A stretch of 64,000 bases of DNA from an uncultured delta proteobacterium (lineage in GTDB: Bacteria; Desulfobacterota; Zymogenia; Zymogenales; Zymogenaceae): assembly GCA_963792965.1 (NCBI GenBank), contig CAWBYW010000007.1, forward strand, positions 288,001 through 352,000. The letters are read 5' to 3'. The translations under genes and the position numbers were made by a program. Shown in pieces: positions 1-9,076 of this stretch. The notes under the pieces were generated by a model that did no database searches, was not told where the DNA came from, and saw nothing but the letters and a program-made list of their open reading frames with translations. How positions within the stretch are numbered: the first letter of the stretch is position 1; each line of letters opens with the position of its first letter.

Positions 1-289
1 GCCGCTCGTAAAGGGTTCCCACCATGAAGAGGGCGTCGTCGGAAGATGCGTCGGTGGGATATTCGAGGTAGACGCTGCCGAATGCCTCGATGACGGAAAG
101 CCAGCAGTCCCGGCGGGAAAGCTGGCTTTCGGACGAATTGAGGCTTGAGAGCCTCTTCTTTGCCGACTCGTATGCGCCGGCACCGTCCTGAGCGGAGGCG
201 TTGACCGAGACGAAAAAGACGATAAAAAAGGCGAGCAACGCGGCGCACGTCCCGTGAGCGATCCCGATCGATTTCTTACCTATAATCAT
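1..289 (-). CDS. 5' part of an exported TPR-like protein, probably the N-terminus of an N-acetylmuramoyl-L-alanine amidase (runs off the window edge)
   Basis: Manual translation from ATG 289: MIIGKKSIGIAHGTCAALLAFFIVFFVSVNASAQDGAGAYESAKKRL...WLSVIEAFGSVYLEYPTDASSDDALFMVGTLYER. Signal peptide plus YP...A.DALF helical repeat; resembles the protein at 5892..6800. Confidence 0.6.
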   Translation of the reverse strand, partial: MIIGKKSIGIAHGTCAALLAFFIVFFVSVNASAQDGAGAYESAKKRLSSLNSSESQLSRRDCWLSVIEAFGSVYLEYPTDASSDDALFMVGTLYER

Positions 290-425
290 CTATTTGTTCA
301 TCTAATTGTATGATAATTAACCTATTTTATATAAAACTTGGTATAACTATATTTCATTTTATCCTGTTTTTCAACTCTTTTTTTCCCCTTTTGACTTTTT
401 ACCTTTTATGTGATAGCTTCCGCCT

Positions 426-857
426 ATGAGCAGGAAGTACCCCGCACGGCCGATTCTCGCCGCGGGGGCGGTTGTTGTTGAGAACGGCCGCGCGCTCCTC
501 GTCAGACGCGGCAACGAGCCCGCCAAGGGCGCATGGAGTATCCCGGGGGGGGCGGTTGAGCCGGGCGAGACGCTCCGTGAGGCCGCCCGACGCGAGATCT
601 TCGAAGAGACGGGGCTTCTTGTCGACGTCGGCGATCGCCTGGCCGTCCTGGAGCGCATCTTCCGTGATCCGGGGCACAAGGTGAAATACCACTATCTCCT
701 CATCGATTACCGGGCCGTTGCCACGAGCGGCGAGCTTCGTGCCGGCAGCGACGCCGCCGACGCCCGGTTTTTTACGGGAGACGAGATACTAAAACTGGGA
801 CTTGCCGATATCACCCTCGAGGTGGTGCGCAAGGCCCTCACCCTGGAAAAGAAGTGA
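426..857 (+). CDS. Nudix hydrolase (ADP-ribose pyrophosphatase-like)
   Basis: Nudix box GGAVEPGETLREAARREIFEETGL. Confidence 0.9.
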   Translation: MSRKYPARPILAAGAVVVENGRALLVRRGNEPAKGAWSIPGGAVEPGETLREAARREIFEETGLLVDVGDRLAVLERIFRDPGHKVKYHYLLIDYRAVATSGELRAGSDAADARFFTGDEILKLGLADITLEVVRKALTLEKK

Positions 858-931
858 GACGTCTGAAGACGAATCCTTGTCGTTTTTCAACACCCGGCGT
901 CGTGTGAGTCGGATTGCGGTTGTGGAAAACG

Positions 932-959
932 GGAACATTTTTCCTCCTGACAGGTCTAA
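932..959 (+). promoter_or_regulatory. ECF sigma (sigmaE-type) promoter, probably autoregulatory
   Basis: GGAAC(932-936)-N17-GTCTAA(954-959), ending 16 nt before the sigma factor GTG. Confidence 0.7.
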
Positions 960-975
960 GGTAATAGGAAGATCT

Positions 976-1563
976 GTGACCCAAAAAGAGTGGGATGGCT
1001 CCGAAGAAGCGCGCTTGATCGCCGCATCGCAGAATGGGGATCATGACGCATTCGCTCGCATAGTCAAGCTCTATAAAGACCGGGTCTTTAACACGTCCCT
1101 CCGCTTTTTGGGCAACTGGGCGATGGCCGAGGAGCTGACTCAGGACGTTTTTATCTCGGTCTTCAGAAACATCGGGGGATTCAAGGGCGAGTCGAAATTT
1201 TCAACGTGGCTCTATCGGATTACGGTAAACCACGCCAAGAATCGTATCGGGTATTTGTCGAGGAGGGGCTACTATCGGAGTGACGAATTTTCGGACACCA
1301 TCGACGGCGGCGGCATTGATTCTATTGCCGGTCGTGTGTCAAACCCGGGTTCCTACACCGAGGATAAGGAGCTTATCGGCCTCCTCATGGAAAACATCAA
1401 TAAACTCTCGGCCAAGGACCGCCGGATCATCACCCTCAAGGATTTCGAGGGCCAGAGTTACGACGAGATCGCTGAAATCCTCGGCATTTCCCTCGGCACG
1501 GTGAAATCGCGCCTCTCGCGGGCGCGCGAGCGCCTCAAAGAGCTGATGAAGGATTACCTGTAG
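976..1563 (+). CDS. rpoE: ECF RNA polymerase sigma factor (RpoE-like)
   Basis: AEELTQDVF, FSTWLYRITVN, SYDEIAEILGISLGTVKSRLSRAR. Start placed at GTG 976 after AGGAAG, within ORF 802..1563. Confidence 0.9.
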   Translation: MTQKEWDGSEEARLIAASQNGDHDAFARIVKLYKDRVFNTSLRFLGNWAMAEELTQDVFISVFRNIGGFKGESKFSTWLYRITVNHAKNRIGYLSRRGYYRSDEFSDTIDGGGIDSIAGRVSNPGSYTEDKELIGLLMENINKLSAKDRRIITLKDFEGQSYDEIAEILGISLGTVKSRLSRARERLKELMKDYL

Positions 1564-1691
1564 TCCCGCCGGCGTAAATGGCGGCCGGCATGGCTGTATG
1601 ATTTCGTATCGTAGTCTAAAGCGAAACGGCTATTTTCGGGGGACTCACGATACGCACGGAGATGAACTCCAATTCAAGCCGGTAGTGCGGT

Positions 1692-2771
1692 ATGAATAAG
1701 GATCTCAAGAGGGCAAAATCACTCATCGGGCTGATCCACGACGGGTCACTCACCGATGAAGAGTACCGGTTCATTCAGGAGGCCGCCTCACGCTACCCCG
1801 AGCTTAAGCTCGATATCTATCGGCACGAGCGCCTGCATGACCTCTTGGGCATGGTCGAGCACGCCCCGGCGCCTTCTTCCCTTGAAGAGAAGGTCATGTC
1901 GGCCATAAGATCACACGGGATTGTGCAGCGGTTCATGCACCGCCTCCTCTTCCCGGGTCGTAGAATACCGATCGAGGCCCTGGGTGCTGCAGCCGCTGTG
2001 GTCCTCATCTCCGTCGTGGCTCTCACCTATATGCCTTCGCTCACAACAAGCCACAAAGGAACGGGCATTCTTTCCGGCTTCAAAGCCAAGAAGCCGCCCG
2101 CCAGCCCCCTCACGGTGACGGGGCCTCCCGCTCCCGGCCTGGCGGCGCCTCGGGAAAAGAAGTCCGTGGAGGACATCGCCCTGGCGCCCGTCGACAACCG
2201 CGAAAAATCAGAAAAATACCTCCGACCAGAAAGAGGCGAAAAAGGCCGATTCCTCGCCTCCGAGGTCGAAGAGAAGTCCCTTCCAATGGAGCCTTCGCCT
2301 TCCACCGGCATGACGGCCGCCGGTATGGTGGTCACGGAAAGCGCCTCGAAGGTCATCACGCCCACAAAGAGCGCACTATTGATGGCCACTAAAAGCGAGA
2401 AGCCGGCCCCGTCGACGATCTTTATCTATTCGACAACGGAAGCGGGAACGCTTCCCGCCACTCTCACGGTTTACGAGGCGGACCCCCGCATCGCCCACAA
2501 GGAGATCATTGAAAAAATGCTGGCCCTCGGCGGTACCATTACGACTGAAGAGGTGGTGGGTGGACACGATAAGGGCGAGACGGACTCAAGCGAAGGCAGC
2601 GCGAAGGACGAGACGGGCGCTCAGATGATCCGGATACCGCCGGAGAAGATCAACGAATTCCTTGACTGGCTTGGCTCACGCTATCCCGATCACGAGAAGG
2701 AGGTCGATTCCCTCAGATCGACGACGAACAGTATCGTTCTCCGGATTGATATCGCACCTGCCACGAGATAG
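1692..2771 (+). CDS. Putative membrane-anchored anti-sigma factor with a periplasmic C-terminal domain
   Basis: Follows the ECF sigma gene; short N-terminal cytoplasmic domain, one TM (ALGAAAAVVLISVVALTYM), Pro/Ser/Glu-rich linker, C-terminal IRIPPEKINEFL domain. Confidence 0.7.
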   Translation: MNKDLKRAKSLIGLIHDGSLTDEEYRFIQEAASRYPELKLDIYRHERLHDLLGMVEHAPAPSSLEEKVMSAIRSHGIVQRFMHRLLFPGRRIPIEALGAAAAVVLISVVALTYMPSLTTSHKGTGILSGFKAKKPPASPLTVTGPPAPGLAAPREKKSVEDIALAPVDNREKSEKYLRPERGEKGRFLASEVEEKSLPMEPSPSTGMTAAGMVVTESASKVITPTKSALLMATKSEKPAPSTIFIYSTTEAGTLPATLTVYEADPRIAHKEIIEKMLALGGTITTEEVVGGHDKGETDSSEGSAKDETGAQMIRIPPEKINEFLDWLGSRYPDHEKEVDSLRSTTNSIVLRIDIAPATR

Positions 2772-2773
2772 GT

Positions 2774-3259
2774 TCAAAGTTCCCTGGCCATGATGAGGGC
2801 GTCCTCCCGTGTGTCGGTGTAATACCCCTTACGCTTATATTCGACCGACAAACCCGCCTTCGTGTAGAGGCTTATCGCGGCAGAGTTGTTCTCACGCACT
2901 TCGAGAAAGACGTAGCGTCCCCCGAGCTCTTTGGCCCGGGCCAGCGACCGTCTGAGAATTTCAGTGCCGATCCCGAGTCTCCTCAGATCGGATCTCACGG
3001 CTATGCTCATGATGTGCACCTCGCCCTCGATCAGCCAGAAGACGATATAGCCGACCACCCCGCCCGCGGCGTCAAAAACGTAGTGGTGGGAAAATTCAAG
3101 CTCAAACTCCCGCATGAAAATCCCCATCGTCCAGGGGGTGGGAAAGGAAACTTCCTCGATATCCATGACTTCATCGAGGTCCTCCATCCCCATGGGCCTC
3201 ATAACCAGATCGTTGATGATCGAGGCCGCGAACAGTGGATTTTCTCTTTTGGTTTTCAC
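2774..3259 (-). CDS. rimI: Ribosomal protein S18 alanine N-acetyltransferase
   Basis: FPTPW, IAVRSDLRRLGIG, LEVRENN.AA..LY, RKGYY..EDALIM. Confidence 0.9.
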   Translation of the reverse strand: MKTKRENPLFAASIINDLVMRPMGMEDLDEVMDIEEVSFPTPWTMGIFMREFELEFSHHYVFDAAGGVVGYIVFWLIEGEVHIMSIAVRSDLRRLGIGTEILRRSLARAKELGGRYVFLEVRENNSAAISLYTKAGLSVEYKRKGYYTDTREDALIMAREL

Positions 3260-3318
3260 CCGTCGTAACCTTATCCCGTGATGGTGCGCTCGCTACTTTC
3301 GTTTAGCTTTCAGGATGC

Positions 3319-3921
3319 TCAGGTGGACTTCATGACGATGGAGAGGATAATATTTGCCGCCTCGTCTCCCCGATCGGCGCAGTTGGAAAGGTGTCGGTAG
3401 ATCTCACGCATCTTGAGCATATAGATCGGATCGGTCCCTTTGAACAGTTCCGAGAGGGCGTTGAGGTAGGCCTGTTCCATGCTGTTTTCCGATTTCTTTG
3501 CCCTCACCGCATGATCGTTGGCAATGTTTGGGTACTCCTTGAGATATTTTATTGCTTTGACCAGCTCTTCGTACGCGTCTATCATGATGGTAATCATTTT
3601 CTTTACGTGTTCGTCGGTGAAAAGCTCGTAGACCGTCAACTCGGCGACCGTGGTCGTGGCGTAGTCCATTACGTCGTCGAGGGCCCGCGAGAGCTGGAAT
3701 ATGTCCTCACGATCGATGGGGGTCGCAAACGTTCGATAGAGCTCCGCGATGAGCACCCTCCTCTTTTCATCCGCCCCCTTCTCGATCGCCTTCACCTTCT
3801 CGGCATTCTCAGGGGTCTGATTGGCGGCGTATTCCCTCAGGGCCATGAGTCCTTTAAGACCCTCGTCGGCCTGATGAAGTAGGAGCAGATAGAAATCCGG
3901 TCTTTTCCTAAAAATATTCAT
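3319..3921 (-). CDS. DUF47 family phosphate transport regulator
   Basis: FATPIDREDIFQLSRALDDVMD motif; overlaps the pit gene. Confidence 0.9.
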   Translation of the reverse strand: MNIFRKRPDFYLLLLHQADEGLKGLMALREYAANQTPENAEKVKAIEKGADEKRRVLIAELYRTFATPIDREDIFQLSRALDDVMDYATTTVAELTVYELFTDEHVKKMITIMIDAYEELVKAIKYLKEYPNIANDHAVRAKKSENSMEQAYLNALSELFKGTDPIYMLKMREIYRHLSNCADRGDEAANIILSIVMKST

Positions 3922-4954
3922 GGATTTCCCTGATGAGCAGATAGACCGCCCCGCTCAACACGGCGGTACAGGGTAGCGTAATAACCCACGTCGAGACGAT
4001 CCTCCTTACGACGTCCCACCTGACGGAGGAAATCCTCCTGGCCGTTCCCGCCCCGACAACGGCCGACGAGACCACCTGCGTCGTGCTGACCGGAAACCCG
4101 AAGAGCGCCGATGAATAGACGATGGCCGCAGATCCGAGCTGGGCCGAGAAACCGTGAACCGGGCGAACACGGTAGACTTTTCCTCCGAGCGTCTTCATGG
4201 TTCGATATCCGCCCGTTAGGACCCCGAGGGAAACGGCGGCGGCGCAGGCGATCCTGACCCACAGGGGTACGTACGGCTGGCCTGCCCCATGGTATAGGAA
4301 AGAAATTCCCTGGGGATAGTGCCGGTACATAACGATCAGGCAGAGCGTTATGATCCCCATCGTCTTCTGGACGTCGTTAGTGCCGTAAGAAACGGCGACC
4401 GCCGAAGAGCTGAGGATCTGAAAACGCTCAAAGATCTTGCCGACGACGCCCGGTGATTGGGCTCCAAAGAAAGCGACCGCCGCCTTTGTGAGCAGGAAAC
4501 CGAACATGAGCCCGAGGAGCGGCGATATCAACAGGGCCGCCATGACCTCGCCAATCTTCAACCAGTGGACGGCGCCCGACCCGGACGAGACCAGCACTCC
4601 TCCCAAGAGTCCCCCGATCAGGGCGTGTGTCGCGCTGCTGGGCATCCCCCTCATTCCGGCGATCGTATTCCACGAAAGCGCAACAATCAGCGCCGCCCAG
4701 ATGACAAGGATGTCGAGACGATCGGGCACCACGATTCCCTGGGCCACGGTGAGGGCCACCGCTGTGCCCAGGAAGAGCGCCCCGATGCATTCGAAGAAGG
4801 CCACAAGAATAAGCGCCTGCCAGGGCTCGAGGGCCCCGGTATAGACCATGGTGGCGACGATCGTTCCGGAGTCGTTGTATCCCGCGATATACTCGAAGAC
4901 TAAGGCCAAGACCACCAGAGCGCAGAATAATATGAGGACATGTAGTCCCAACAC
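3908..4954 (-). CDS. Inorganic phosphate transporter, PiT family
   Basis: GYNDSG..VAT, GMPSSATHALIGG, YGTNDVQKTMG, GFPVSTTQ. Confidence 0.92.
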   Translation of the reverse strand: MLGLHVLILFCALVVLALVFEYIAGYNDSGTIVATMVYTGALEPWQALILVAFFECIGALFLGTAVALTVAQGIVVPDRLDILVIWAALIVALSWNTIAGMRGMPSSATHALIGGLLGGVLVSSGSGAVHWLKIGEVMAALLISPLLGLMFGFLLTKAAVAFFGAQSPGVVGKIFERFQILSSSAVAVSYGTNDVQKTMGIITLCLIVMYRHYPQGISFLYHGAGQPYVPLWVRIACAAAVSLGVLTGGYRTMKTLGGKVYRVRPVHGFSAQLGSAAIVYSSALFGFPVSTTQVVSSAVVGAGTARRISSVRWDVVRRIVSTWVITLPCTAVLSGAVYLLIREIHEYF

Positions 4955-4959
4955 TCCCC

Positions 4960-5409
4960 CTAAGTCAGGAGCTTAACCGTCAATATCGGACACAAGGCCG
5001 CACGTAAGACGCGCTCGATGGTGCTGCCGAACAGGAAGTGATCAAGGCCGGACCTACCGTGGGTCCCCATGATGATGATGTCGACCTCCTTCTCCTCGGC
5101 CACCCGTATGATCTCTTTATAGGCTTCCCCTTTTGCGAGAATCGACTCATAGGAGATCTTGCCCTTGAAGTGCCTCAAGCAGAAGTCATTCAGCCCGTTC
5201 TGGGCGGAATGATAGACCTCCCCCATAACTGTTTCGAGAGAGATGTGGGGAACGTAGAGGCCCGTATAGTCATCAAGGCTCGAAACGACGTGAAGGACAT
5301 AGACCTTCGCGTTGAAGCCCTTGCAGAAGGTAATGGCGTAATCCGCCAAGAGCTCCGATGTCTCCGAAAAATCTACGGGCAGTAGGATGGTTTTAATTTT
5401 TTTTGTCAT
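4960..5409 (-). CDS. Universal stress protein (UspA family)
   Basis: ILLPVDFSE, DIIIMGTHGRSGLDHFLFGSTIERVLR. Confidence 0.92.
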   Translation of the reverse strand: MTKKIKTILLPVDFSETSELLADYAITFCKGFNAKVYVLHVVSSLDDYTGLYVPHISLETVMGEVYHSAQNGLNDFCLRHFKGKISYESILAKGEAYKEIIRVAEEKEVDIIIMGTHGRSGLDHFLFGSTIERVLRAALCPILTVKLLT

Positions 5410-5791
5410 TCCGAGTCTCCTTTTCTGGTACTGATCATGTCTATGTTTCAGCAGATAACGGCATCAGTAGTCTGAAAATCTTACCAAACTCGCCCACGAA
5501 AGGCAAGCGAGAATAAACGTCCCGAGTGCTTTCGGGGCGCCTGTCATGAAGACAAGACGACTCGTCGGATATGGATCCCGCACCTGTAACCATCGGCTGA
5601 AAAAAACGAGCATATATGGCGCCCGGCGTCTTCCAGGCGACAGCCGCGAAGCGCCCTTGAGGCGGCCCGGAAGTCGCATCTCGCCGAGGCGGCGCGGCCC
5701 TTTTCGGCTCTCTGCCGCCGTACGGGGAGTCCCGTGACAAATACCGAGACGCGAGATACGGTCAAATCACCTGCGCTTCTCAACTAAATGC

Positions 5792-5820
5792 TTGACAAGA
5801 GCCCGCGCAGATCTTATAAT
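5792..5820 (+). promoter_or_regulatory. Consensus sigma70 promoter for the TPR/AMIN gene
   Basis: Exact TTGACA-N17-TATAAT. Confidence 0.85.
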
Positions 5821-5891
5821 TAGGCAAAGTTATATATAATTATACTATAATATAGACTAAATTGGAAATAGATAGAAAGACGGGTTCAGTC

Positions 5892-6800
5892 ATGACTACG
5901 AGAATACGAGTTTCATCGCTCATTGTCCTGACCTGGGCCGCTATACTTCTCTTCGGGTCCTCGGCTCTCGCCGAGAGCGCGGGGGACCTTCTTAACTCGG
6001 CACAGAGCCAGTACAAGCGTTTGCTCACCTCCGAACAGCGTCAATCATCAAAATCGATGTGGCTTGAGGTCGTCGCCGCCTTCGACCTCGTGGTAAAAAA
6101 ATACCCCGGGTCCGATGAGGCCGCCAAGGCCCTCTTCACCGAGGGGTGTATCTATCGGGAAATGTTCAACTACTCGATTACGCTCGGTGAGCTCTACAAG
6201 GCCGAAGATATCTTTAACCGGTTCCTGAGAAACTACCCCAAAAGTGAGCTCGCATCCGAAGCGAAAAAAAACATCGAGGAAATCAGGGATCAGAAGAAGA
6301 ATAATAACCTGGTACGGGTCTCCACGGAGAAACCAAATCCGGAGACATTTCCCGGCAGGGATACGGCCCTCACGTCCGAGACGGCTCCACGCACAAGCGA
6401 CAACTCAACGGCAAACGACACCACGCCGAGCACACCCCCAGCCGTCTCCTCCCCCGTATCTTCCGTGTCGATTCTTAAGATACGCTATTTTACGGACACC
6501 GCCCACACACGCATCGTCGTCGACCTCGATTCCCCGGTTCCCTACAACGGCGCACGCCTCCCCTCCGACGAGGCCCACGCCATGCCACCTCGTATCTACG
6601 TCGACCTTTTCGGCGCGCGTACCGGAGCGGGCCTTTATTCCCCGCTGGTCGTCAAGGACGGCCTGGTCTCCCGTATCCGCTGGTCAAATGCGAAAGACGG
6701 GAAAGTCCGTCTCGTCCTCGAGCTCGAGAAAGGCGCCGACTACACCGTATTCTCCCTCAAGAATCCCTGCCGCCTCGTCATCGACGTATTGAGAAACTGA
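5892..6800 (+). CDS. Exported TPR-like plus AMIN domain protein, with no amidase catalytic domain
   Basis: Signal peptide, YPGS..A.KALF and YPKS.LA repeats, Thr/Pro/Ser linker, then HTRIVVDLD..PPRIYVDL and VRLVLEL..P.RLVIDV (AMIN-like). The ORF ends there. Start could also be TTG 5862. Confidence 0.75.
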   Translation: MTTRIRVSSLIVLTWAAILLFGSSALAESAGDLLNSAQSQYKRLLTSEQRQSSKSMWLEVVAAFDLVVKKYPGSDEAAKALFTEGCIYREMFNYSITLGELYKAEDIFNRFLRNYPKSELASEAKKNIEEIRDQKKNNNLVRVSTEKPNPETFPGRDTALTSETAPRTSDNSTANDTTPSTPPAVSSPVSSVSILKIRYFTDTAHTRIVVDLDSPVPYNGARLPSDEAHAMPPRIYVDLFGARTGAGLYSPLVVKDGLVSRIRWSNAKDGKVRLVLELEKGADYTVFSLKNPCRLVIDVLRN

Positions 6801-6817
6801 CCGACAGCGACTTCGTG

Positions 6818-7465
6818 CTACGCGGACAGGGCGTTCTCGAAGACCTTGACGGCCTTTACAGCGTCCTCCCCGTATGCGTCCACGCCCATCTCCTTGGCAA
6901 GCTTCTCGGACGTGCACGCGCCGCCGATGACGATCTTCACCTTGTCGCGCAGCCCCGCTTCCTTGAGGGCATCGACGATATCCTTGATGCTCCCGATCAT
7001 CGTGGTAAGAAGGATCGAGAGGCCCAGCGCCGGAGCCTTGGACTCCTTGACCGCCGATACAATCTTATCCTCCGAGACGTCCACGCCGAGATCGACCACC
7101 GCAAAATCCGACGCGGATAGCATCATGCCGACGATATTTTTGCCGATATCATGAATATCGCCCTTTACGGTGGCCAGGACAACGGTTCCCTTTTTTCCCG
7201 CGTCTTTGCGGTCGATCCTCGGCTCCAGGACGGCCATTCCTTCTTTCATCACCTCACCGGCAAGGATCAGGTCTGCAAGGAAATAGTCACCGCTCTCAAA
7301 GCGCTGCCCCACCGCCGTCATTCCCTCCCCCATTCCTTCCTTAATGATCATCCAGGGATCGACGCCTTCGTCGAGGGCCTTCTTGATGAGGCCTTGGATG
7401 TTGTCGAGGTCCAGCTCAACGATCGCCTCTTTCACCGCTCTTACGGATTCTTTCATGATATGCAC
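6818..7465 (-). CDS. Corrinoid (cobalamin-binding) protein, MttC/MtbC-like
   Basis: Cap domain GM..VG..FE.G.YFL..L plus DIHDIGKNIV (DxHxxG), DLGVDV, IGGA. Confidence 0.92.
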   Translation of the reverse strand: MHIMKESVRAVKEAIVELDLDNIQGLIKKALDEGVDPWMIIKEGMGEGMTAVGQRFESGDYFLADLILAGEVMKEGMAVLEPRIDRKDAGKKGTVVLATVKGDIHDIGKNIVGMMLSASDFAVVDLGVDVSEDKIVSAVKESKAPALGLSILLTTMIGSIKDIVDALKEAGLRDKVKIVIGGACTSEKLAKEMGVDAYGEDAVKAVKVFENALSA

Positions 7466-7477
7466 TCCATCTTGACA

Positions 7478-8275
7478 CTAAGGGACGATATTCTTTTTCC
7501 TAAACTGCGTCAGGTAATTCCGACAATAGGGATCTTTACCGAGCAACATCTCGGTAACGGTGACCGCCGTCGTGAGTTTCTTATCGAGAGGGTCGATGAT
7601 GGCTGCATCAAGTCCCGCCTCTATCGCCAGGGTCATGAACGTTCGGTTGATGAGGAATCGCTCGGGCATGCCGTAGGAGATATTGGAGAGGCCACAGATG
7701 ATATGCACCCCTTCGATATCTTTGCGGATGCGCCTCATCGTATCGAGCACCGCGACTGCTTTCGTATGGTCGGCGCTGATCGTCTGGACGAGCGGATCCA
7801 GGAAGATGTGCTCCCGCTTGATCCCGAGCTTCTCGAGGGCCTGTACCATTCGGACGGCGTTGTTGTAGGTCTGGTCGGCGCTCTTCGGCAGCCCCGTATC
7901 ATCCATGCAGAGGGCAACGATGTCGGCCTCCCGCTCCGTCAGCACACCCGACATTGATTCGAGTTTCTTGGTCTCCAGCGAAACCGAATTGATCATGGGC
8001 ATCTTCTTGAGCCCGTGGATATTCTTCAGGATAACCGCGCTGCTTGAGCTGTCGATGGAGATGCGTGCGTCCACCGCACCCTGGACCAGGCCGATCATCC
8101 AGGCCATGTCCGCCTCCTCCCGGTCGGGATGGGCGCCGGCGTTGACGTCTATGATCTGGGCGCCCGTGTCGAACTGGTCTTTTGCCTCCTTGACGATGAG
8201 CGCCTCGTCCTTCTTTTCAATGGCCTCGCGGACACTCTTACGGGCGGCGTTGAGCCTTTCGGCAACGATAATCAT
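7478..8275 (-). CDS. Methyltetrahydrofolate:corrinoid methyltransferase (AcsE/MeTr-like pterin-binding barrel)
   Basis: IIVAERLN, IIDVNAG, SIDS, MINSVS, FLDPL, GLSNISYGMPER, GLDAAIIDP. Confidence 0.9.
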   Translation of the reverse strand: MIIVAERLNAARKSVREAIEKKDEALIVKEAKDQFDTGAQIIDVNAGAHPDREEADMAWMIGLVQGAVDARISIDSSSSAVILKNIHGLKKMPMINSVSLETKKLESMSGVLTEREADIVALCMDDTGLPKSADQTYNNAVRMVQALEKLGIKREHIFLDPLVQTISADHTKAVAVLDTMRRIRKDIEGVHIICGLSNISYGMPERFLINRTFMTLAIEAGLDAAIIDPLDKKLTTAVTVTEMLLGKDPYCRNYLTQFRKKNIVP

Positions 8276-8323
8276 ACCGGCTCCCTCACACGCGATTAAC
8301 GTAAAGACGACTATATCGAGGTG

Positions 8324-8352
8324 ACCCTACCATAGCGGCCCTTGGTTGTCAA
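8324..8352 (-). promoter_or_regulatory. Possible sigma70 promoter for the MeTr-corrinoid pair
   Basis: Minus strand TTGACA-N17-TAGGGT. Confidence 0.4.
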
Positions 8353-8418
8353 GGCAAATGGATTTTAGCTTGAAAGACGGTATCGCCTCTCTACCGGGTT
8401 AAAGTCATCTCCCCGCGT

Positions 8419-9076
8419 TTATGGGTCGGTCAGACGACGGAGCGCAAGGAGCGTCGGCGGGATCATCTTGAACTCGCCCGATCGGTTTCTTTCCAGCGCC
8501 TCCTCCGGAGTTACCCAGAGTGAGCGCTGCACCTCACGGCTCTCGATCCCGGCCTCCTGCCCGCCGGGAAGCTCGGAGCGAAAGAAGACGGTGTGAAACC
8601 TGACAGGGGCAAAGGCGGGCGTAGTAAAGAGCTGGAGAAAGGCAAGGGAGTGACCCGCGTAAAAGAGATCTTTTTCTCTCACCGCATCAACGAACGCCCC
8701 CCCGCTCAGGTTTCCGTTATCTCTCATGGAGCGGTATGTCGCCTCCGATACGATCTTCCCCGCCGCGTCGCACAACAGGAGAACGCCCGCTTCCTCAAAG
8801 AGCTCGCGGACGGCGGCCGTGTAGAAGCCGAGCGGGTCGTGGCCGTCGCTTGTCACATCGGCAACGGCCGACGTGTCGACGCCGAGAAGCCTGCCGGTCG
8901 TATCCGGGCCCGAGATCCACCGTGTCTACCCTGCCGCCGGGAAACACATAGTAACCGCCCAGGAAGGCCATTGAGTCGGCCCTCTTCGTGAGAAATACCT
9001 CGCGCATTCCCCGGTCATGCCTGAGCAGCACTACGGTTGCAGCCGGCCTTGGGACTACCGGCGGGCCAAGAGCCAT
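8419..9076 (-). CDS. Nudix hydrolase (NUDT19-like), split by one frameshift near 8910
   Basis: PRPAATVVLLR...YVFPGGRVD joins AAVRELFEEAGVLL if one G is removed from a GGG run. Confidence 0.8.

Noticed and set aside
5570-5600. GGATCCCGCACCTGTAACC, loosely reminiscent of a riboswitch 3' element
   Set aside because: There is no complementary 5' strand nearby, and it is on the wrong strand for the transporter operon.
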